DNA from: Eledone cirrhosa
Taxonomy: Eukaryota
NCBI GenBank assembly: GCA_964016885.1
Contig: OZ024743.1
Coordinates: 28,520,001 to 28,584,000, forward strand
Length of the DNA stretch: 64,000 nt
Reading direction: 5' to 3'
Of the stretch, positions 28,270 through 39,597 are shown piece by piece; position 1 is the first letter of the stretch, and every line of letters starts with the position of its first letter. The notes under the pieces were generated by a model. It did no database searches. It was not told the origin of the DNA and worked only from the letters and a program-made list of their open reading frames with translations. Position numbers and translations under genes: made by a program.

Positions 28270-28740
28270 CACCAAGGAAATACATTTTTAAGAAGATATG
28301 GGATGCTTAGACGTAAAAAAAACTTCAATTACGTCGGTTACTTTAAAATACCTTATAGAAATCACATAAACTAACCTAGAGACGAAATAATGTCACCAAC
28401 CTCTGCGAAATCCTTTTCTCTTAGATAGCGGCTAGGTGCTGGAAACATTGAGCTTAGGGACCTCTGACAACATCTTACTGTCTAAATTCACATTCCAACA
28501 TCTCTAATACACAACTGGAATAAGTAGACCAGTTCCAATACCTCGGGAGCATACTCTCTACACAATGTTACTTTGAGAAAGAATTCGAGTTAACCATGTC
28601 GCTTTTGAAAGATTTTTCCATCGTGTTTTAGAAAACACAAGCCTGAAATTATAGACCAATCTCTATCAATGATTATGAAATGTAGACTTTTTACTGCCGG
28701 GATATCCGAAATTTCATCAACAAAAACTTCGATCATTTAT
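28270..28740 (+). pseudogene. Decayed RTE/CR1-type RT C-terminal fragment
   Basis: QLE*VDQFQYLGSILS motif at about 28510-28560. Confidence 0.45.
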
Positions 28741-28846
28741 GAGTATGAAATAGGAGGGCTATGTTCGCACCTAAACAACCAGTTGCTTAGTTCGGGTCTA
28801 GCTGACGAAGCGGCCGGACCTTAGCCGTCGGGCTCCTGACTCTTTT

Positions 28847-28896
<50 letters not shown>

Positions 28897-29005
28897 TAAA
28901 AGGAATTCCAACTTTGTCTGATTTACTCGTTTTATTTACAATCCTAAAATTATAATGGTATTAGAATGAAATAGTATGGTAGAATATTAAATGTTAAGTG
29001 TTAAT

Positions 29006-29044
29006 TGAACAAGTACTTTCATGCTTTCGCAATCTTCAGGTTCA
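29006..29044 (-). ncRNA. Canonical minimal type I HHR
   Basis: UGAAC-CUGAAGA-UUGC-GAAA-GCAU-GAAA-GUAC-UU-GUUCA. Confidence 0.85.
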
Positions 29045-29340
29045 CATTCTGTGGTGACAGTCAAGTTTGCAATATATATATATATGCGTGTGTCTGTATA
29101 TAGCAAACATGCCAACCTCTAAAAACCCAAACGGAGAGTACCATGAAAAGAAGTGTCCCAAATCGGGGAGTAATTAGGCAAAGTTGGGAAACTTTACATA
29201 ATGTAAACTATACCCATTTTCACAAGAGAAGACATCTCTCACAAATCACCAACTCCCGCAAGGGGGTGGGAGATCACCCCGTCGAACAGAGAGAATTGAC
29301 AGATCTGATACTATAAATAAATAAATAAATATATATATAT

Positions 29341-29510
29341 ATTGTTATACTTTGGGAGGGTCATGTTGCCAATAAGAAACACACGCACCAGTTGCTTTCA
29401 CTTCAATTTATTATAATAAATTGAAGTGAAAGCAACTGGTGCGTGTGTTTCTTATTGGCAACATGACCCACCCAAAGTATAACAATATCGGTTTCCACAC
29501 ACGTTTTCAG

Positions 29511-29568
<58 letters not shown>

Positions 29569-30295
29569 CGTTTCTGAATTTGTTTAGCAAGATTCTTTAT
29601 CTGAAATCGTGTGTTGAAACCGATATTGTTATACTTTGGGAGGGTCATGTTGCCAATATGAAACACACGCACCAGTTGCTTTCACTTCAATTTATTATAA
29701 TAAATTTATAATCGATCTGTACTCTACCAACATGCTAAAATAGAACATAAGGGTAAATTAGAGAACATAGAAATAAAAATAGAATCTACACACAGAAAAG
29801 ACGCAATGTTTAGACAAATCACAGAAGCAATAAACATAAAAGAATTACAACCAAAATTAAATAGAAAATATGAGTGGAACAGCAACATCACAACTTACAA
29901 TTAAGGACAAAATGAAAACACACACACACATAGAACAAACAACCAACCGGTAACATGTAAATAAACAAATAAATAAACAAATATAAACACATACAGACAC
30001 CCGGATGTGGCGCATGCGCAGACTGAGCACACAACACACACACAGAAACAAAATGGCGTAGGACAGAACAAAGGAGAGGCACAAAAACAAAGAAAAGAAT
30101 CCACAGTCACTGAAGAGGTCACAGAATGTGTGACGAAAGAAGTTTGACAATATATAAACAACTATCTGGTTGTGGAACCAACCAGCCAGACAGAAATTTG
30201 TAAATTCCTAAATTGATAAATTTATTATAATAAATTGAAGTGAAAGCAACTGGTGCGTGTGTTTCTTATTGGCAACATGACCCCTCCCAAAGTAT

Positions 30296-30302
<7 letters not shown>
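29341..30302. mobile_element. Second-family PLE remnant with several inverted terminal segments around (TA)n
   Basis: 29716-30300 closely matches about 18118-18710; HHR GTCA-CTGAAGA-...-GAAA-GAAG-TT-TGAC at about 30106-30148; inverted termini at 29341-29515 and 29565-29710. Confidence 0.88.
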
Positions 30303-30358
<56 letters not shown>

Positions 30359-30591
30359 TATCCCGGATTCAATAGGGGGTAACCACAGTAAGTAAAGTAC
30401 TCAATACATAGAAGAGTATAAATATTTAATATAAAAATGGCTTCTACAGGACTAGAACTGTTTCATTCGGAGGAATTCATTTCTAGATTATATATATATA
30501 TATAATTATTATAAGGAACGAGGATTCAGTGTTGATCATATATTTATTAACACAGACGCATTTATCTTGCAACCTTACAACTATATATATA

Positions 30592-30690
<99 letters not shown>

Positions 30691-30843
30691 CTGTATATAG
30701 ATATACATTTAAAACATTCAATGTATATGCGAGATATGTATGTGCGAGATACGATGGCTTAAAGTGTCAATGAATTGTAATTATTTTCTGTCATATTTCT
30801 CGTGTATAAATGTATTATTTAAAAAAGAAAATGCTTATCATAA

Positions 30844-30908
<65 letters not shown>

Positions 30909-30920
30909 TCTCTCTCTCAC

Positions 30921-30998
<78 letters not shown>

Positions 30999-31659
30999 CA
31001 TACATGCACACATACATACGTGTTGATGGCTGCAACTAGATTTCGAGTAATGCCATCGCTTGATACTTAAGCATGAGCACCACGGTCGTGGCTTTTTTAG
31101 TCCTGTCAGCAATACCATGGCCAGCAATACCATGGATCACAATAAATGTCCCATATCAAGCAATGCCTGTGCGGAAAGGCTTTGCACGGGGCCAATCCCA
31201 CTATCTGAACATCGAATGCATATGCCCCAAAAATGAACTGTTCTGCATCATTGAATGCAAACGAAGTCGCAGTTTTATATCATAGTGATCTCTGCCTAGA
31301 GAGATGTCTTAATGAAGACTCCAAAAAAAAAAAAAATAATAATGGAATTACATTAAAATTACAAATTTCTATGAAATACTTATAGTATAACTAAATGCGT
31401 AATTATCGTCCAAACCGATGTCGATCTATTTAATTCACTATGTCATTGCAGCATTTTATCTCTATAAATCTTATTCAACATTATTGTGATTGGGATTGGG
31501 ATTCAAAGTGTAAAAGCCGTCCAACCTTTGTAAGTTACCCAGTACGACGCTATAACGCGACTAATGGAATAACTACTTTCTATGTAGATGGTCAATGTCT
31601 ACAAGATCAACATCCAAAGACAGATGAAATATGAATGTTGGTTAGCTATTTCAATCCAA

Positions 31660-31960
31660 ATTCTGAGTGTCTTTAATCAAAAGGGAGGCATTATATCATC
31701 TTATCAATAAGGCCTTTGGCCCTCCATCCGCATCCGTGATTCCACTCATGTCCAACGATGGGTCTGTCCTTTCCAAGGACTCGGTCAGTGTTATGGAATG
31801 CTGGAGTGAGCATTTTTCTGATCTGTTATACAACCCCTCGGAGTTTAAATCAGATATCAGTAACTTGCTTCAATTGGATATATTTCATGAGATGTTGTAT
31901 CATCCTACTGTGGCAATGTTGAGAAAATATCCAAAGCGGTGTGTTATGATTTTGCATTGG
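31660..31960 (+). pseudogene. RTE (BovB-like) EN-RT linker fossil
   Basis: ALYHLINKAFGP...PLMSNDGSVLSKD...ECWSEHFSDLLYNPS. Confidence 0.6.
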
Positions 31961-32571
31961 TGAGCGTGAAATGTGTAGAAGCAAATCCCAGCTTTTAAAA
32001 TTATTCTATGTGAGAGGGTGGTGCATAAGTGGGAGAAGAGTGTGTACGTTAAAAAGCTAGCCAAGGGCGCTAAATTTTAAGGTGCCGGCTCTGTCAAAGT
32101 CCATTCTGGACAATTTCCTCATTCGTTCTTTTTTTTACAAGAGATTTGACTGCCATTTCAAGCAATTCAAGGAGACGTCTAGAGGCTTCATTCTTGAGTG
32201 TATATCTGTGAGATAAAATGAGAGAAATAAGTGCAGGCTTTCACATATATTTGTTTACTAGCATATGTGTTTTTGTGACTTTCTGTAAGTGTGTGTATGC
32301 TTGTGCATGTATGTTCGTGTATGCACATTCCTTTGAACGTATATTTCTATATTATTCTTATTATTATTCTTTTATTGGTTTTAGTCATAAATCTATGACC
32401 ATGTTGAGTCACACCTTTAAGGGTTCAGATGATCATATCTCACTCGTTACTTACTTTTTTTTAAATACGATTTTTATTTAATCCATCTAAACTTGTAACT
32501 CTAAACTAACAGTAAAACTAGATACAGACACGTTTGTATATAACTATATAAATGTATATAAATGTATATAA

Positions 32572-32609
<38 letters not shown>

Positions 32610-33384
32610 TTATATACATTTATATTGGTATATACAAACGTGTATATATATATATATATATATATATAAAGAGAAGGAAAGAGAAAGAGAGTGAGAGAGA
32701 GAGAGAAGCAATCAAAGTGAAAGAGAGAGTGACAGAGAAATAGAGATGAGGGCGAATTATAATTGGCTCCAGTATACTTTTCGTCTGCCATATTTCACTA
32801 ACATCGGATTGGTAAACCCGAGGCTAGAGTAGAACACACATGCCTTAGATGTCACGTGTATTTTTTTTAAAGGTTTCTGGCATTAGATGCAGACCAAACA
32901 TTTGGAGGGAGTGTAATAGTTAAGTAAATCAACAACTGTAGTTGATTACAAGTCCTTTTATGTATTCCGAGATGATAAAAGGTAAATTTACTTTCAGCAG
33001 TATTTGAATGCAGAACGTGAAAAGGAACTGTAAATGAATACCGTAACGGTCCACCATTATAACGACTAGCAGAAAAAACACCATTCGGCTGGTTTTCTGC
33101 TAGCATGTGTTGTGTGCATATTGATATTACATGCAAATATATATGCATTAAGATATGATACGACAAATAAAATAATAGTTGAGAATATGCACAGAAATTG
33201 AAAAGAGACTGTGTTACACTCACTTCTGCAATCAGTAAATTAATCCATGATACATTTAAAAAAGACGATATTATATATAAACTGCATTAGGAAAAAATTA
33301 GCGACTGAAATATAAACCTGATATAACGATCCAAATATATAAACGTTTATATAAGCGATGTAATTAGTGTTATAATATAACTGT

Positions 33385-34395
33385 GTCTACTTTTGGCACA
33401 AGGCCAGCAATTACTGGTACTTCATTTTTTCGACCTCGTAAGGATGAAAGACAAAGTTAACCTCGGCGGGATTTGAACTCAGATGATAAAGGGTCGTAAC
33501 TCTATGCTGCAAAGCATGGTGTCCGACCCTCTACCGATACTGCCTATCCACCACCATAAGTGTTATAATATAATGGACGCTAACCGGAAGTGTTGACATT
33601 TGAAAATTTGAAAGAAGGGAATCTTGAAATAAGCAATAAAATTATTTATATTTAATCAAAAGTTACGAAATTTAGTACATAAATTATGTAATATTCATTC
33701 ATTATTTATTCAAATCCATTACTGGTACTTTATTTTATCGACCCCGTAAGGATGAATGGCAAAGTTAAATCCCGCCGAGATTAACTTTGCCTTTCAACCT
33801 TACGGGGTCGATAAAATAAAGTACCAGTAATACACTGAGATAATTGCTGGCCTTGTGCCAAAAGTCGAAACAATTATTTATTCAAATGGCGGTTGATTGG
33901 CAGTATCGGTAGAGGGTCGGACGCCATGCTTTGACGCATAGAGTTACGGCCCTTTGCATTCTGAGTTCAAATCCCGCCAAGGTTAACTTTGCCTTTCATC
34001 CTTACGGGGTCGATAAAATAAAGTACCAGTAATGCACTGGGTAATTGCTGGCCTTGTGCCAAAAGAAGAAACAATTATTTATTCAAGGTAATCCAACTTA
34101 TTTTACAAACGAGATAATAAATATATTCAGGATTCATTCCCGCACTCCTCCGTTTATTATATTATAATGATTTAAAAGGGCGGTAGAATGGCAGAATCGG
34201 TAGAGTGTCGGACAACAGGCTTAGCGGCATAGAGTGATGGGCCTTTACGTCCTGAGTTCATATCCCGGTGAGGTTAACTTTGCCTTTCATCCTTACGAGG
34301 TTGATAAAATAAGTACCGGTAATGCACTGGGGTCGATTTAATTGACTTAACCCCCCCCCCCATTGTTGGCCTCATGCCTATAGTAGAACTCATTA
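33385..34395. mobile_element. Cluster of about 5 copies of the dominant tRNA-derived SINE (Meta-domain-like)
   Basis: TGGCAGTATCGG...GAGTTCAAATCCC...TTAACTTTGCCTTTCATCCTTACGGGGTCGATAAAATAAAGTACCAG...GCTGGCCTTGTGCCAAAAGTAGAAACAATTATT, in both orientations. Confidence 0.85.
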
Positions 34396-34658
34396 TAACG
34401 ATATTCTGCCAAATCCTACTCTTAATTATATGATTGTTGAGAGAAGGAAATACAGAGAGCAAGAATGATTTATCTAATGAATTCTTTCCATTTTCAAGAG
34501 GAACGGATGGGATTTGAGGGAGTTTTAGCTGATGCCGCTTGCAAATCAAGAGACCTCATGGAGACCCCTTCATTGGATTGGCTGTGTTTCTGCGTGTTAT
34601 GATGTGCCTATGCGTGTTTGTATGACTTACATTTTGTGCATTTTCGTGCCTGTCTTTG

Positions 34659-34698
<40 letters not shown>

Positions 34699-34709
34699 TT
34701 AATATAGAT

Positions 34710-34761
34710 GAGATTCTACAGGACTAGAACTGTTTCATTCTTTAGAAATCATCAGGAATCT

Positions 34762-34762
<1 letters not shown>
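34710..34762 (-). ncRNA. HHR-like motif isolated between (TA)n tracts
   Basis: GAGAUUC-CUGAUGA-UUUCUAAAGAAU-GAAA-CAGUUCUAG-UC-CUGUA-GAAUCUC; stems I and III are atypical. Confidence 0.5.
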
Positions 34763-34806
<44 letters not shown>

Positions 34807-35311
34807 ATATGTATATATATATATATACATATATATGTCAGTGTGAGTATAAATGTGTGTGCGTATGTGTATGTCTGCGCATTTACAAACATATAAGCGA
34901 AAGGGCAACAAGGAAAAACGACATGGGTAAACAATACAGTACAATGAAGATATATATATTAGTTTAACACTTGATATAATAGGAAAAGAACCTTAATGCG
35001 CTGGCCTTTAATCATTGATCAAGAAACAGAATGAGAGATACATGAAGAAAGATAGACGAGGTAAAAAGAGGAAGAAATGACAAAAAGATAATTATGTATG
35101 AGTTGCTACTAGTTACGACTAGTGAGGTCATTAGTCTACTTACTACTCCATACTTAAGGAAAGTAGAGTGTAGATATTAGTATAAGCTAGAATACTTGTC
35201 GGTCAAACTTAAAATACTTCGATTGTGTAAGCTTGATCATCGAGCGGTCTATTTCATGATGATGATGATGAAGATGATACTAACAACAACAACAACAACA
35301 ACAACAATAAC

Positions 35312-35359
<48 letters not shown>

Positions 35360-35914
35360 CCACCCCATCATCTGTGTACACTAAACACAACAGCATTTTC
35401 ACCTTCACCGCCACCGCTCACTACGGCCATCATTACCACCACTATCCCATCACCGCCGCCACCACCCCTTGACTCCTTCACTGCTGCTGCCACCGCTACA
35501 GCACCATCACTACAGTAATACGGTCGCATCACCGCCACCACTGCCTCGGTATCGACACCACCACCACCACTGTCTCAGTATCGCCAACGCCGCCAGTCTC
35601 TGCTGGCTGCCACTTCCACATTATAGAATTCCTACTACTAACAAAGAGGAAGGCATCAAAATATATAGATAGACTCAAAAGAAAAAAGAAAAAACAAACA
35701 ACAAAAGCAGCACAGCAACAACAGCAAAAAACGAGAAAAACAAACAGAGAAAAACAAAAACAAAAAAAGACACCCCAAAAACGTAAAGAAAATAAGAATG
35801 AAGAGAGAAGCAGGCGGACGGACAGAGAAGAGGGGGGAAAAAGTAAAACTTAAAAAACAAAAACTAAGTCAGACATTCGAATACTACATTACAATGAAAC
35901 TTATGCTTATTCAT

Positions 35915-38900
35915 TTTTGGGGCCCTTTCTGCCCGTGTGTTTGTTTGTTTATGTGTGTCCGTATACAGCGTGGTGATAATGCCACACAAGGGCCAAGTGG
36001 GATGGCGGATCCACAGATGGCTATGTAAACATACATTCGCCAATCCTCGATAAGAGTGTTTAAATATCGAACATAAACAGTTCGAATAACGGTGAAATGG
36101 AGACTAGAACGTCATGTGACAGACTCTCACCCACAGGTGCCCCCTGGCTCAGCAGCAGGAACCTGACTGTCAACCAAATACTGCTGATGTTGGAGGAAGA
36201 AGAAGAAGGAAAGGGGCCAGAACCAACTGGACGAAAGAATTGAATAGAACTGTTATGCAATGCTACCTGAAAAGTAACCCCAAGGAGAGGGGCTACAGGA
36301 GACGGATGCATAACATCTGGAACGAGATTGGTTTATTTAAATTAGATGAACAAAAAATGGCCGGGCAGGCTCGGGTAATAAGAACTAATGGGTGGATAAG
36401 CGAGCTGGAACTGGAGGAACTGAGCAGAGAGAATGGCTTGGAGATGGCGGGTGTAGTATGCCAGACAAGCGAGCCGGCGGGAAATGAAGGTGAGGAGGTC
36501 CTGAGAACGGAGGAACCACCCGAAGCAGACAATGATCTGAATACTGAGATAAATAATACCTGGAACAGAGATACGGCCACTGAGGAGATGAATGCTGACG
36601 GGCTAGGACAAGATTCGGTTGACATCCTAAATTTAGTGGTAGATGAGTTGAACAATGATAGTGGGAGACCTATGAACCTAAGATTTGTAGACAGGAAAAA
36701 GTTAAAAGAAACAACAGCTAAGGTAAACAAAGTCATCCCATACCTTGAGGCGAGGAGTCTTCACCAGTGCAACAATATCCTCAAAGCAACAGCAAATACG
36801 GTGAGGAAACTACTTGGTATAAAAGCGAGAGGAAACAACAGACAAGAAAGAGCAGAGCCGTGGTGGAAGAAGCGACTGAGTGGGCAAATCGAGGAAATGA
36901 GAAATGACATAGGAAAGCTTGAGTCACTACTGAATGGGACACTAAAAAACATAGGCACTAAAAATAGACTGGAAATAAAATACAAAACTAGGAGTAAAAA
37001 GCTAAATATTATCATAGAGGAATTGAAGCAACGCATTGTAGCAAAGAGTGCCAAAATCAGGCGATACGAGAACAGAGTCAGTCAGTATAAACAGAACCGC
37101 ATGTTCGACAACAACCAGAAGATGCTGTTTGGACAGCTTGAGGGGAAAGAAAGAGGCAACGACTTGATCCCTGGGGCGGAACAAGCTAAAACATTCTGGA
37201 GAGGAATATGGGAGCAGGATGTTAGACACAATGCCCAGGCAGGGTGGATTGAGACAGTACAGAGGGAGATCGGTGAGCAGGCACAGCAACAGACTGATTT
37301 GAGTATCACAGTTGAAACTCTTAAGGGGCAAGCCAAAAAACTAACCAACTGGAAATCACCAGGCCCAGATGGTGTGCAGGGGTATTGGATTAAACATTTA
37401 ACATCCCTCCACCCGAAGCTGACGGCCATGTTCAATGACTGCTTGGTGTCGGGTGAGGTGCCAGAGTGGTTGACAAAAGGTACCACAGTTCTGATAATGA
37501 AAGACCGAATCAAGGGTAATGATGTTACCAACTATAGACCTATCACATGTCTGCCCGTAATGTGGAAAATGTTGACGAGCATTGTGTCTGAGGAAATCTA
37601 CCATCACCTCCACACAAACAACTTGTTGCCGGACGAACAGAAAGGATGCCGAAAGAAGTCACGTGGTACAAAGGACCAGTTGCTTATTGATAAGATGGTA
37701 ATGGGGAATTGCAGGAGGAGACACACTGATCTTGCCATGGGATGGATAGACTACAGAAAGGCATTTGACATGGTGCCTCATTCATGGATCACCAAAAGCC
37801 TGGAGATCTTCAGGGTGGCAGATAACATCAGACAGTTGCTGGGCAGGAGTATGGGGTCCTGGGAGACAGAGTTGACATCAACTGGAGTATCCTTGGGAAG
37901 CGTGAAGATCAAGAGAGGTATCTTCCAGGGAGATAGCCTGTCCCCTCTGTTGTTTGTCCTTGCCCTGATGCCCTTGACCATTATGCTGCGAAAAGTGAGA
38001 GCAGGATACAAGTTGGGAAGGGGAGAGCTTACCATCAATCACCTCCTCTTCATGGACGATCTTAAGCTCTTCGGGAAAAGTGAGAAGGAGTTGGATGTGC
38101 TTGTTGACACTGTCCGTATTTTCAGCAGTGATATATGTATGCAGTTTGGTATTGGTAAATGTGGAGTCATTGTGATGAGGAGGGGTAGGTTGAGCAGAAG
38201 TAACGGGATCCAGATACCAACAGGTGAGATGATAAAGGAAATTGACTCTGAGGAAGGATACAAGTATTTGGGCGTTCTGGAGGCTGATGGCATAAAGAAC
38301 AAAAAAATGAAGGAATTGTTAAGAACTGAATACATTCGGAGAGTAAGGAGCGTATTGAAGTCACATCTGAACAGCAGAAATGCCATAAGCGCAGTAAATT
38401 CCCGAGCTGTGTCTATTATTAGGTACAGTGCGGGAATTCTGAGATGGAATGTTGCTGAACAAAAAGAAATGGATAGGAAGACTAGGAAGCTATTGACTAT
38501 CTACAACATGTTCCACAAGAGGAGTGATGTCGATAGACTCTACCTAAGGAGATCTGAGGGTGGAAGAGGTCTTATCAGCATAGAGGACTGTGTTCAGATG
38601 GAGAAAAACAACCTATACAAATACGTGACCTATAGTAAGGAGCCAATGCTCAGAGCTGTACTGAAGGAGGGGACAGTAGGCCAGGGGATATCCAAGGAGG
38701 AAATAACATCAAGGAGGAAGAGCAGCCTTAAGGGAAAATCCCTTCATAGTACCTTCTTTGAGAAAACTGAATTTAGAGATCCACAGACATGGAACTGGTT
38801 GAGAAGAGGAGACCTCAAAAAGGCTACAGAAGGAATGCTAATGGCTGCGCAGGAGCAGGCCCTCAAAACGAAGTGGTTGAAGCACCATATCTACAAGGAG

Positions 38901-39597
38901 GAGGCTAGCCCACTGTGCAGGATCTGTGGAGAGAGAGAGGAGACTGTGGCTCACATTGTGTCCGAGTGTAAACACCTAGCCCAGACCCACTATAAGGGCT
39001 GGAGACACGATGTGATGGGCAGGGTGATCCACTGGCACCTGTGCAAAGTAAACAATCTACCACATTCTGAGAAATGGTATGAGCATAGGCCAGAGGCGGT
39101 GATGGAGAACAGTCAGGTGAAGGTGCTGTGGGATTTTAGGATACAGACGGACAAAAAACTGGAACACAATAGACCTGACCTGGTGGTTGTGGACAAAGAA
39201 AAAAGATCGTGCCTGATTGTGGATGTGGCCTGCCCGTTCGACACGAGAGTGCAAGAGAAGGAGAGGGAGAAAATTAACCGATACCAGGACCTAAAGTGGG
39301 AGGTGAAAAGGATTTGGAACTGCCATGAAGTCAAAGTGATCCCGATTGTCATAGGCGCACTGGGGACTATCTCCAAAGGTTTCCAGGGATGGTTAAAGAA
39401 AATCGGCCCCTTCACGCTTTTTGGAACGCTTCAAAAGGCATGCTTGCTTGGAACGGCAAGAACCCTCCGATACGTCCTGAATATCTGAGGCTGCAGGTAG
39501 TGGCTTGATATTCAATCCAACGGACTTTCCAGTTAACCAACATCAATGACTGAGATTCAAGGAATAACAATAACAATAATAATAATAATAATAATAA
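35915..39597 (+). mobile_element. Apparently full-length R4/Dong-type RLE non-LTR retrotransposon with (TAA)n tail
   Basis: Single long ORF, short 3' UTR, then AATAACAATAACAATAATAAT... The 5' boundary is approximate. Confidence 0.9.
36240..39488 (+). CDS. RT, CCHC zinc knuckle and restriction-like endonuclease polyprotein (1082 aa, uninterrupted)
   Basis: KSPGPDG, YRPITCL, EQKG, IDYRKAFD, RGIFQGDSLSP, FMDDLKL, YKYLG, GGRGL, CRIC...HIVSEC, RHD, RPDLVVVD...DVACP...KINRY. Confidence 0.95.
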   Translation: MNRTVMQCYLKSNPKERGYRRRMHNIWNEIGLFKLDEQKMAGQARVIRTNGWISELELEELSRENGLEMAGVVCQTSEPAGNEGEEVLRTEEPPEADNDLNTEINNTWNRDTATEEMNADGLGQDSVDILNLVVDELNNDSGRPMNLRFVDRKKLKETTAKVNKVIPYLEARSLHQCNNILKATANTVRKLLGIKARGNNRQERAEPWWKKRLSGQIEEMRNDIGKLESLLNGTLKNIGTKNRLEIKYKTRSKKLNIIIEELKQRIVAKSAKIRRYENRVSQYKQNRMFDNNQKMLFGQLEGKERGNDLIPGAEQAKTFWRGIWEQDVRHNAQAGWIETVQREIGEQAQQQTDLSITVETLKGQAKKLTNWKSPGPDGVQGYWIKHLTSLHPKLTAMFNDCLVSGEVPEWLTKGTTVLIMKDRIKGNDVTNYRPITCLPVMWKMLTSIVSEEIYHHLHTNNLLPDEQKGCRKKSRGTKDQLLIDKMVMGNCRRRHTDLAMGWIDYRKAFDMVPHSWITKSLEIFRVADNIRQLLGRSMGSWETELTSTGVSLGSVKIKRGIFQGDSLSPLLFVLALMPLTIMLRKVRAGYKLGRGELTINHLLFMDDLKLFGKSEKELDVLVDTVRIFSSDICMQFGIGKCGVIVMRRGRLSRSNGIQIPTGEMIKEIDSEEGYKYLGVLEADGIKNKKMKELLRTEYIRRVRSVLKSHLNSRNAISAVNSRAVSIIRYSAGILRWNVAEQKEMDRKTRKLLTIYNMFHKRSDVDRLYLRRSEGGRGLISIEDCVQMEKNNLYKYVTYSKEPMLRAVLKEGTVGQGISKEEITSRRKSSLKGKSLHSTFFEKTEFRDPQTWNWLRRGDLKKATEGMLMAAQEQALKTKWLKHHIYKEEASPLCRICGEREETVAHIVSECKHLAQTHYKGWRHDVMGRVIHWHLCKVNNLPHSEKWYEHRPEAVMENSQVKVLWDFRIQTDKKLEHNRPDLVVVDKEKRSCLIVDVACPFDTRVQEKEREKINRYQDLKWEVKRIWNCHEVKVIPIVIGALGTISKGFQGWLKKIGPFTLFGTLQKACLLGTARTLRYVLNI

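Noticed and set aside
28795-28850. HHR at CTGACGA (28802)
   Set aside because: No downstream GAAA/UH with pairing stems.
36293-39415. Antisense ORFs within the Dong-like element
   Set aside because: Shadow frames of the long plus-strand ORF, with no motifs.
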